Sequence record: NC_024124.2
Source of the DNA: Escherichia phage vB_EcoM_JS09
Reading direction: 5' to 3' (one strand)
Length of the DNA: 64,000 nt
Shown here: piece after piece, positions 56,822 through 64,000 of the stretch
How the letters are laid out: each line of letters opens with the position of its first letter
How positions within the stretch are numbered: position 1 is the first letter of the stretch
Position numbers and translations under genes: made by a program
Notes under the pieces: model-generated
Database searches by the model: none
The model's input: only the letters and a program-made list of their open reading frames with translations
What the model was told of the DNA's origin: nothing

Positions 56822-57472
56822 ATGATTTATTACATGCACAAAAATGCGCCATTTAAATATGGTAAATTTCCTAATGCGCAATGTTATAATATAACGCCGA
56901 ATGAAAATAATAACGGATATCATATTGGTGTAATTTTTGTAATTGTTAAAGATAACGAAATCGTTGCCTGGGCAGATTTTAAAGGTACAACATATGATGT
57001 TAATCCTGTGCCTTTCACATATTACAATATAATGGATTTGGCATATGATTATAATTGGTTTAATCATGACGCGTTGGTTCATATTGAAGGTGTAGGATTT
57101 GACATCTCCTATTCTAGCTATTCATTATGTCCTATGAGCCGAGCTCACGGTAAAGATGTATCATATCTTTCAATTCGGAAACGTGTAAACTTCAAACGTA
57201 GTACAGAGTATGTTGGTGGACTCTTTGTTAAAGATAATAAAATAACCCGTATTAGTTATCCTCTAAGTGTAGGTCAAAAAGATGTTGATGTTGATTTAGA
57301 CTTAACTGAAAATAACATTAATCATATTGCTTCTGTATATTTTGATATCGATGAAAAAATTGTAGTGTGTGGATACGAATTACCACCCGAAGAAAAGGCT
57401 GAAGCAATTGAAGTCGAATTAGAAATTTCTGTCGATGACCAAATATTTAATGCATTTATGAATCGAGGTTAA
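56822..57472 (+). CDS. hypothetical protein (216 aa)
   Basis: ORF track frame (56813 is a GTG) trimmed to ATG at 56822. Confidence 0.6.
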   Translation: MIYYMHKNAPFKYGKFPNAQCYNITPNENNNGYHIGVIFVIVKDNEIVAWADFKGTTYDVNPVPFTYYNIMDLAYDYNWFNHDALVHIEGVGFDISYSSYSLCPMSRAHGKDVSYLSIRKRVNFKRSTEYVGGLFVKDNKITRISYPLSVGQKDVDVDLDLTENNINHIASVYFDIDEKIVVCGYELPPEEKAEAIEVELEISVDDQIFNAFMNRG

Positions 57473-57473
57473 A

Positions 57474-57671
57474 ATGACTACTGCAATTTGCACTGGTTCT
57501 AAAATTAGTGTTTTTACAAGTTTTGAAGATTATGAAGTTATTTCAAAACACCAATGCCATATTAGCGTAAAAGCTAATGACGGTGTAATTTGGAATATTC
57601 CACAGTATGAAGGCACTACATATGAAGTCACAGATATAAATGGTGACAAAGCAATCTTTGTAATTGATTAA
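57474..57671 (+). CDS. hypothetical protein (65 aa)
   Basis: ORF track; GAGG upstream. Confidence 0.5.
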   Translation: MTTAICTGSKISVFTSFEDYEVISKHQCHISVKANDGVIWNIPQYEGTTYEVTDINGDKAIFVID

Positions 57672-57690
57672 ATATACTCAGGAGGTACCT

Positions 57691-58158
57691 ATGGGTATTA
57701 TTAACACTGCAATAGATTCTGTTTACGCATATAAGTTTATTCGACTAATGCAAAAACCTTTTACTGAATGGAAAGCATACGAAGCCAAAATCATCGATGA
57801 ACGTGGAAGTGTTCTTAAACGTCCTTCCACTCCTGAAGAGAAAGCGGCTTATACACCTTTTCATGCTTCAGTTCGTTCAATGAAGCGAATGATGAGCACT
57901 GTTCCAGGTCTTAATGGAATGGCCTCAATGATGTCTGCCTGGAGTGCTGTAGCTTCACGCTATAACATTACGGAAGAACAGCAGAAAGAAATATTTAAAG
58001 AACTCCCTTTATTTGAGGATATGGTTGCTGGTGATTCAGGTGGCAGCCCTCAAGCTATTGCATCAGGAACAACTACAGGTGCAGTAGTAAATAAAGGTCC
58101 AGAACAAATTCCTTCCAAGAAAAGAAAGCGAATTAAAGTAAATATTAATAAGTTGTGA
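57691..58158 (+). CDS. hypothetical protein (155 aa)
   Basis: ORF track trimmed to ATG at 57691 after GGAGG. Confidence 0.55.
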   Translation: MGIINTAIDSVYAYKFIRLMQKPFTEWKAYEAKIIDERGSVLKRPSTPEEKAAYTPFHASVRSMKRMMSTVPGLNGMASMMSAWSAVASRYNITEEQQKEIFKELPLFEDMVAGDSGGSPQAIASGTTTGAVVNKGPEQIPSKKRKRIKVNINKL

Positions 58159-58197
58159 TAAGATGGCCTTATTAATTTAAGGCCTCTGGAGAATACT

Positions 58198-59220
58198 ATG
58201 GCTGAATGGATAGATAATGAATTTGCTTATCGTGTGTTTTCTCACCTCCCTCGTTTTAGACAAATCAATAATTCAAGCACATTTAAATTAACGTTTCGTT
58301 GTCCAGTTTGTGGCGACTCCCAGACAGATGCAATGAAAGCTCGCGGTTGGTATTATGGCGGTACTCCTGGTAATGTACATTGCTATAACTGTCAATACCA
58401 CAATACAATTTCCGGATACTTAAAAGAGTATGATGAAGAGCTTTATCGCGAATATCTAATGGAAGTTCGTAAAGAAAAAGCTAGAATGGAACCAAAGATT
58501 GAAAAGGTTCCTGAACATAAACCAGAACCGGAGAAAAAGACTATAAATTCTTTGCCGTCTTGTTCTCGTCTGGACAAGTTGCCTGAAGAGCATCCTATTG
58601 TGAAATATGTTAAGTCTCGGTGTATTCCTAAAGAATCGTGGAACAGATTATGGTTCACATTAGAATGGCCCAAATTGGTCAACAAGATTCAACCTGGTAC
58701 GTATAAGAAAGAGATTCCTGAACCACGTTTAGTTATTCCTATTTTTAATAAAGATGGGAAGGCCGAGTCATTCCAAGGACGTGCACTTCGTAAAGATGCT
58801 CCTCAGAAATATATCACTATTAAAGCGTTTGAGTCTGCAACAAAAATTTATGGTGTTGAACGTGTTAAGGAAGGGGACGTCTGGGTAATGGAAGGCCCTA
58901 TTGATAGTTTATTCATACCCAATGCAATCGCTATTACAGGAGGCTCGATAGATTTAGATGTGGTACCATTTAAAGAACGTCGGGTATGGGTAATGGATAA
59001 TGAACCTAGGCATCCGGATACTATAGCTCGCATGAAGCGATTAGTTGATGCAGGCGAACGTGTCATGTTCTGGGACCGAGCTCCATGGAGATCAAAGGAT
59101 GTGAATGATATGGTAATGAAAGAAAATGCAACACCACAAGAAATTTTAGAATATATGAAACAGAATATTTCAAGTGGGTTGCATGCTAAAATGAGATTAT
59201 CTCGTTATTCGAAGATTTAA
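58198..59220 (+). CDS. 61: DNA primase gp61
   Basis: Zinc ribbon FRCPVCGDSQTDAMKARGWYYGG ... HCYNCQYH and TOPRIM-like core; near-identical to T4 gp61 as recalled. Confidence 0.95.
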   Translation: MAEWIDNEFAYRVFSHLPRFRQINNSSTFKLTFRCPVCGDSQTDAMKARGWYYGGTPGNVHCYNCQYHNTISGYLKEYDEELYREYLMEVRKEKARMEPKIEKVPEHKPEPEKKTINSLPSCSRLDKLPEEHPIVKYVKSRCIPKESWNRLWFTLEWPKLVNKIQPGTYKKEIPEPRLVIPIFNKDGKAESFQGRALRKDAPQKYITIKAFESATKIYGVERVKEGDVWVMEGPIDSLFIPNAIAITGGSIDLDVVPFKERRVWVMDNEPRHPDTIARMKRLVDAGERVMFWDRAPWRSKDVNDMVMKENATPQEILEYMKQNISSGLHAKMRLSRYSKI

Positions 59221-59414
59221 ACAAGCCCTATAATAGCAAAGGCCAAATCAACTACAGTATCCAATGGAACAGAAGGAACTATAATACCATTAGCAACTAA
59301 TAATGGTGCGATACCGAAGTTCCATGAAATAATGCCACCTACAACTATTGCGGCGATAGCAGTTTTCTTTTTATTGCCTTTAATAGCATTGATTAACGAT
59401 GGAAGTTTAAACAT
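59217..59414 (-). CDS. small hydrophobic membrane protein (65 aa), opposite strand
   Basis: Minus-strand ORF in the primase-to-56 gap; AAGGAG 5 nt upstream of its ATG; two hydrophobic segments. Confidence 0.5.
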   Translation of the reverse strand: MFKLPSLINAIKGNKKKTAIAAIVVGGIISWNFGIAPLLVANGIIVPSVPLDTVVDLAFAIIGLV

Positions 59415-59502
59415 AATATCTCCTTAGTTACCTATTATTTATTACGCTTTATAAAATTAATGTTAGAATTAACTCTCTTATACTGAATTGAAAGGAAAAA
59501 TA

Positions 59503-60024
59503 ATGGCACACTTTAACGAATGTTCACAACTTATTTCTGGTGTTGATAAAGCAGAAGAAGCTTATTTTAATGCTCTGATTCACGAAGATAAAGACCCACT
59601 TCAGGTAATGCTTGATATGCAGAAATCTTTACAGGTTCGTTTGGCAAATGACAAGCCTGAACATAACAAACATCCTGATGAATTGGCCACTGCAGGCGAC
59701 GTTGTTGATTGGCTGCGTAATCAGAAAGATTATATTGATGATGAATTCCGTGAACTGCTGACTTCACTTGGTGGTATGAGCAATGGTGAAAAAGCCGCCA
59801 GCAGTGTATGGAAGCCGTGGAAAGCACAACATGCTGAATATCGTAATCGTCGTATCGATGAACTGTCTCCTGAAGACCAGCTTGAAATTAAATTTGAGAT
59901 GATTGATATTCTGCACTTCGTTCTGAACATGTTCCAAGGTCTGGGTCTTTCTGCTGAAGAAATCTTTAAACTTTACTACTTGAAAAACCAACACAACTTT
60001 GAACGCCAGGATAATGGTTACTGA
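59503..60024 (+). CDS. 56: dCTP pyrophosphatase gp56 (MazG-like)
   Basis: MAHFNECSQLISGVDKAEEAYFNALIHEDKDPLQVMLDMQ... near-identical to T4 gp56 as recalled; start trimmed to 59503. Confidence 0.95.
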   Translation: MAHFNECSQLISGVDKAEEAYFNALIHEDKDPLQVMLDMQKSLQVRLANDKPEHNKHPDELATAGDVVDWLRNQKDYIDDEFRELLTSLGGMSNGEKAASSVWKPWKAQHAEYRNRRIDELSPEDQLEIKFEMIDILHFVLNMFQGLGLSAEEIFKLYYLKNQHNFERQDNGY

Positions 60025-60030
60025 TTAAGT

Positions 60031-60038
60031 TATAAATA
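60031..60038 (+). promoter_or_regulatory. T4-type late promoter box TATAAATA
   Basis: Exact TATAAATA 32 nt upstream of soc, a late capsid gene. Confidence 0.55.
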
Positions 60039-60069
60039 CACCTGTAATTAAACAACAAAGGAGTTAATT

Positions 60070-60306
60070 ATGGGTGGTTACGTTAATATCAAAACCTTTA
60101 CGCATCCTGCAGGTGAAGGCAAAGAAGTTAAAGGTATGGAAGTTTCTGTACCGTTTGAGATTTATTCAAACGAACATCGGATTGCAGATTCTCATTACCA
60201 AATCTTTCCATCAGAAAAGGCAGCTTATTCTGATGTCGTTTCTGATGCAGCAACTTGGAAAACTAAGAACGCAGCAATGTTTACCCCTACACCAGTAAGT
60301 GGTTAA
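60070..60306 (+). CDS. soc: small outer capsid protein Soc
   Basis: GYVNIKTF...HYQIFPSEKAAYS resembles T4 Soc as recalled; AAAGGAG upstream. Confidence 0.85.
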   Translation: MGGYVNIKTFTHPAGEGKEVKGMEVSVPFEIYSNEHRIADSHYQIFPSEKAAYSDVVSDAATWKTKNAAMFTPTPVSG

Positions 60307-60315
60307 ATAATTTAA

Positions 60316-60343
60316 GGAATCCTTCGGGATTCCTTTTTTTTTT
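60316..60343 (+). terminator. intrinsic terminator with TTCG tetraloop
   Basis: GGAATCC-TTCG-GGATTCC followed by a 10-T run. Confidence 0.8.
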
Positions 60344-60410
60344 GTTTCTACAGTTTACAACCACTAAAAACTGTGTTAAGATATTATTACTTACTCAAGA
60401 GGAGAACAAT

Positions 60411-60638
60411 ATGTTAAATCGTTGGATTAAACCTAATAACACATTAGGTGCTTTGATTGCTCAAGAAGTTTCGTTGAAATATGGTCTTGGATATTATGAC
60501 GACGTAGTCGTACACTCATTCATGATGGATGGTGAAGACGTCAAATTTAATGCCGAAATCCGTTGGGATGATGGTGGTGTTCGTTTTGTTCGAGGAACAA
60601 TTAATGCTTACGATGCTGAAGAAGTTGTTTGCTGTTAA
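60411..60638 (+). CDS. hypothetical protein (75 aa)
   Basis: ORF track trimmed to ATG at 60411 after GAGGAGAA. Confidence 0.5.
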   Translation: MLNRWIKPNNTLGALIAQEVSLKYGLGYYDDVVVHSFMMDGEDVKFNAEIRWDDGGVRFVRGTINAYDAEEVVCC

Positions 60639-60651
60639 ACCAGGCGAAGGT

Positions 60652-60840
60652 ATGATGCCTATTCCTGATACACGTGAAAAGGCTTGGGAATACATTGGTG
60701 ACGGAATGATGGAAGAAGTTGTTCGTCCTAAGTCTGCTTCAAACTCTTCAAGTTATAATCATTCATACGTATCGTCTTGGCCCGGTGATTCTGGGTCAAG
60801 TTATTCTGATTGTGGTTCAAGCTCAGGGAGCTGCGAATGA
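60652..60840 (+). CDS. hypothetical Ser-rich protein (62 aa)
   Basis: ORF track frame trimmed to ATG at 60652 after GAAGG. Confidence 0.45.
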   Translation: MMPIPDTREKAWEYIGDGMMEEVVRPKSASNSSSYNHSYVSSWPGDSGSSYSDCGSSSGSCE

Positions 60841-61016
60841 ACAAGATAGTTAAATGGTTTAAAAGCTGGGACGATGGTGTCGGTCCAGAAGATTGGCTGG
60901 ATGTTCTTGAAGAGAATATGGCTAAAGAATTCCAGAAACATGAAGAAAAGCTCGTCGAAGATGAAGGCGAACGTATTGTAAAACTTTATATGGGTGAACC
61001 ATCGAGGAAATTATAA
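60837..61016 (+). CDS. hypothetical acidic protein (59 aa)
   Basis: ORF track trimmed to ATG at 60837 (ATGA overlap). Confidence 0.45.
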   Translation: MNKIVKWFKSWDDGVGPEDWLDVLEENMAKEFQKHEEKLVEDEGERIVKLYMGEPSRKL

Positions 61017-61480
61017 TGGATGCTATGCTATTTAAAATGTATTTGCTTGAAGCCAAGTCGTTTAAACATATACCAGTAGAAGATAAGACTCCACTAGAAA
61101 TAGCTATTCTAATTAACAAAAGTCTAAATAATCCGCAATATATCGTAGAAGAATTCTGCAAATTGCAGATTCCTAAAGGTTACAAAATTCGTGTAGAGCG
61201 AGTTGGAGCTATTACTCGTTCTAAAAATTCTCCGTTTAGTCTTGAAGAAGGCATAAAGGACTTAGGTTATGAATCTACGGAAAATGCAGTTTATGTGAAT
61301 CCTGAAAAGCGTTTAGACTTGTTTGAAAAGCGAGACCATAAGTATTTTGCCAAAAAATACTTTATTACATCATTAGCAGATTTAGTCCATTTGCAACGAG
61401 CTATTTGGAAATTTTTTAAGACAAAAGGTGTAGCGCTAGAAACATTCTCTGAACCTGCTAGTTTTTATCTAGGTGAATAA
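61016..61480 (+). CDS. hypothetical protein (154 aa)
   Basis: ORF track; GAGGAAA upstream. Confidence 0.55.
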   Translation: MDAMLFKMYLLEAKSFKHIPVEDKTPLEIAILINKSLNNPQYIVEEFCKLQIPKGYKIRVERVGAITRSKNSPFSLEEGIKDLGYESTENAVYVNPEKRLDLFEKRDHKYFAKKYFITSLADLVHLQRAIWKFFKTKGVALETFSEPASFYLGE

Positions 61481-61481
61481 T

Positions 61482-61661
61482 ATGGACCTTATGAGTATGT
61501 TTGACGAGCCTGAAGTTGAGGCTCCTAAAGTGCATCGTAGTGAACTTATTGATGAACTAGATAGTATTATACAACGACACGGCTTTAGTTTACCTGTTGA
61601 AGCCCTGAAAGACCTTGCATCTTATTATGACGACCCTCCACCATGGAGTCCTTGGAAATGA
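61482..61661 (+). CDS. hypothetical acidic protein (59 aa)
   Basis: ORF track frame (61473 is a GTG) trimmed to ATG at 61482. Confidence 0.45.
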   Translation: MDLMSMFDEPEVEAPKVHRSELIDELDSIIQRHGFSLPVEALKDLASYYDDPPPWSPWK

Positions 61662-61822
61662 AAGAGAAATTGAAAGAGAAATTCTTACTAGAAATCAAGG
61701 AAAAAGACTTTGAGACATGGTATCGAATGGTGAAAGGGCTGACATTGCTTTTTAAAGCATCGTTATTCATGTTAGAACAACCTGGTCCTGATGGGCCTTT
61801 AGTAGGAAAGCTTAAAAAGTAG
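61658..61822 (+). CDS. hypothetical protein (54 aa)
   Basis: Not in ORF track; ATGA overlap; ends at the next promoter. Confidence 0.4.
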   Translation: MKEKLKEKFLLEIKEKDFETWYRMVKGLTLLFKASLFMLEQPGPDGPLVGKLKK

Positions 61823-61877
61823 TTTACATTCCCTCCTCTCGTGTTATGATAGGCTTATCTTTAAATGGAGGTCTATC

Positions 61878-62459
61878 ATGACATGTCAATCTGAACTTCA
61901 AGAACGCGAATACCTAACAAATCTGATTGATAGCAAATTCACCCGCCAAGAACAAAACATTCTCTGGGCCTGCACCGATTCTAAGGAAGACCCGGATTTC
62001 CACTATGAATTAGACCATCTTGTTCGTAAGCATATGACTTCTACAGTGCCAGTAGAACTCTACCGTGGTGTAACTCCAGAAGAAGTAGAACGTCTTTCCC
62101 TTCTTTCTGTGGGATGCCATTGGTCTCCTGGACGAGTAACATCGTTCACAACTGATTTCAGTACAGCTCGTCAATTCTCCGGGAGATGGGAATATCAGAC
62201 GTACACTATTCTTAGTCTCAGGAATGCTCCATTCATTTTTGATTACTACCAAAACATGGTTAACATTGTACTTGCCGGAAAGAACCCTAAGCATGTTATG
62301 GAAGAAACGCGTGTTGACGTCCTAGATATGATTGAATCTGAACAAGAATACATGGTCTCAGGTATCTCTAGATTTGAGATTGCGGAAATTGAAGAGTTAG
62401 AGTATGACCCTTTGTCTCGAGTATACAAAATCATTCACTTAAAGATGTTGAATTTTTAG
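61878..62459 (+). CDS. ModA/ModB-family ADP-ribosyltransferase-like protein (193 aa)
   Basis: R-S-E-type triad candidates: VELYRGV, SFTTDFSTARQF, ESEQEYMVSG; paralog of the next gene. Confidence 0.6.
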   Translation: MTCQSELQEREYLTNLIDSKFTRQEQNILWACTDSKEDPDFHYELDHLVRKHMTSTVPVELYRGVTPEEVERLSLLSVGCHWSPGRVTSFTTDFSTARQFSGRWEYQTYTILSLRNAPFIFDYYQNMVNIVLAGKNPKHVMEETRVDVLDMIESEQEYMVSGISRFEIAEIEELEYDPLSRVYKIIHLKMLNF

Positions 62460-62516
62460 TGTACAAACTCTACCTACGATGATACTATACTTTTATCAAC
62501 CACAGGAGAAACCTAA

Positions 62517-63125
62517 ATGTTTATGCCGTATAACGAGTGTGAAATTGAAGAAATGGTTCGTCGTGCTCAAAACCCCGAATATCAAGATGTATTGCAGTAC
62601 GAAATTGATAGTCAATTCAGCGACATTGAACAAAGTGTACTGTGGCAGTGTATGGAAAACAAGCCAGACTGTATTCAACAGGAGTTAAGTTCAATCGTTC
62701 GTAGAAATTGGACGTCTTCTGTTCCTGAGACAATGTATCGTGGAATCTCTAAGAAAACTATGGCCACACTCGATGATAAAGGTATTGGTAGTATTATTAA
62801 ATTTGACAGAGTAATGAGCTTCAGCCCAGTGTTCGGTGTAGCACGTAACTTTGCTTCGTATAATTTTTACGGAACATTTAATATGTTCTGCATCAAAGAT
62901 GCACCATTTGCTTTCAACTTCCGTGAACATATGCTTAATATGATTCTGGCTGCACCATCTTGTGAGTTCAATGGAGCTTTCCCTGAAGCGACAAGACGGT
63001 CTAATGCTAGACTTATATCTGACGAATGTGAATTTATGCTCCCTATAGGGACTACACTGCATGTAGATTCTATTATTCAAGATGGACGTTATACAATCTG
63101 GAATCTGTCTATTGTCAGTTACTGA
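62517..63125 (+). CDS. ModA/ModB-family ADP-ribosyltransferase-like protein (202 aa)
   Basis: R-S-E-type triad candidates: TMYRGISK, SFSPVFGVARNF, DECEFMLPIG; GGAGAA upstream. Confidence 0.6.
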   Translation: MFMPYNECEIEEMVRRAQNPEYQDVLQYEIDSQFSDIEQSVLWQCMENKPDCIQQELSSIVRRNWTSSVPETMYRGISKKTMATLDDKGIGSIIKFDRVMSFSPVFGVARNFASYNFYGTFNMFCIKDAPFAFNFREHMLNMILAAPSCEFNGAFPEATRRSNARLISDECEFMLPIGTTLHVDSIIQDGRYTIWNLSIVSY

Positions 63126-63278
63126 CTGAATTGGAATAACCGGATGGAACTCAGAACCATTATAACACATAAAAAATTAAAGCATTTTATGAAAAAAGAG
63201 TGTACACTACCTGAGGGCATGATATTATAAGCTTATCAGCTAAATGACCTAACGTCCGTAAGACAGAGGAAAATATTA

Positions 63279-64000
63279 TGTTGTCAAATAATAAAATTAA
63301 CAAAATCAATCGTCGTCTTGACCACACCAGAGCTTCTGCGAAGAGACGCTCTAAGGATTTTAACTTAGACTTTAATTACCTTAAAAACATTCTTGATCAA
63401 AAGGTCTGCGCTTACTCAGGTGAATCTTTCAATAACTCTGTTGAAGGTGAGAAATTATCCTTAGAACGTTTTAATAACGATATCGGCTACATTAAAGGTA
63501 ATGTTATCCCGGTTAAGAAAAAATATAACACGGCTCGTTCTGATTTAACATTAGAAGAACTTATTGAGAAACGTGATGCCATTGCAAGACGTATCGCTAA
63601 TCCTTCTGCCCGTAAAGTAGAGAAACTTAATCTCGACGAGAAGAAATGGGCCCAAATTAAAAAGGTTTATGGTACTATTTTAAAAATCCGAGCAAAACGT
63701 GAAAATCGTGTTAAGCATATGGCAAACATGATGAAAAATCAACCTTTATCTAACGAATCTAAACTTAGAATTGTTGCTTTGAAAGCACGCATTAATGGCT
63801 CACATCAAGCAGAAGGCCATGAACTTACTAAACTCAACGTTCTTCTTAAAGGCTCTGACTGGAAAACTAAAACTAAATTAACTGACGCTGAATCGCTTTT
63901 CGATACATATGATAAAGTTATCCAAGGTCTGCAACGTTTTGAAAAGATTGGTTTCATTGGTAAATTAAAATTGAAACGTGGCTTACCACTTAGCGCATCA
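63279..64000 (+). CDS. hypothetical basic protein, 3' end beyond the window; weak HNH-like motif
   Basis: ORF open to the window end; AGAGGAAAA upstream; CAYSG ... LSLERFNNDIGYIKGNVIPV faintly resembles phage HNH endonuclease cores. Confidence 0.5.

Noticed and set aside
62691-63170. Minus-strand ORF 62691..63170 (159 aa)
   Set aside because: Lies entirely antisense to the ModA/ModB-like gene, with no RBS and an unconvincing Cys/Arg-rich translation.

Overview
This window reads as the early/middle gene block of a T4-like (Tevenvirinae-type) phage, shown so that nearly all genes run on the + strand. Recognised by protein sequence and T4 gene order: tRNA-Arg, nudE, e (lysozyme), denV, regB, tk, rI, nrdC, 49, nrdD, nrdG, 55, 47, 46, 45, 44, 62, regA, 43, 42, uvsX, 41, 61, 56 and soc, with variable small-ORF regions in between. 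Gene names rest on recalled T4 sequences and synteny, not on any database search. The main departures from T4 are: (1) a sugar-nucleotide biosynthesis cluster between genes 43 and uvsX, where T4 carries imm and beta-gt, plus no alpha-gt-sized gene between 55 and 47, which predicts a non-glucose hydroxymethylcytosine modification (arabinose-type, as reported for RB69-like phages); (2) several internal-protein-like genes with capsid-targeting N-termini around denV, next to a duplicated denV 5' fragment; (3) a macro domain protein and two ModA/ModB-like ADP-ribosyltransferases; (4) a GrcA-like glycyl-radical protein with host-like codon usage; (5) an adjacent Imm-like/Spackle-like pair; and (6) about 25-30 copies of an early promoter cassette (GTTTAC-N17-TAtnaT), many inside inverted repeats. 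No rRNA, CRISPR array, integrase or transposase was seen. All functions are unverified by search.
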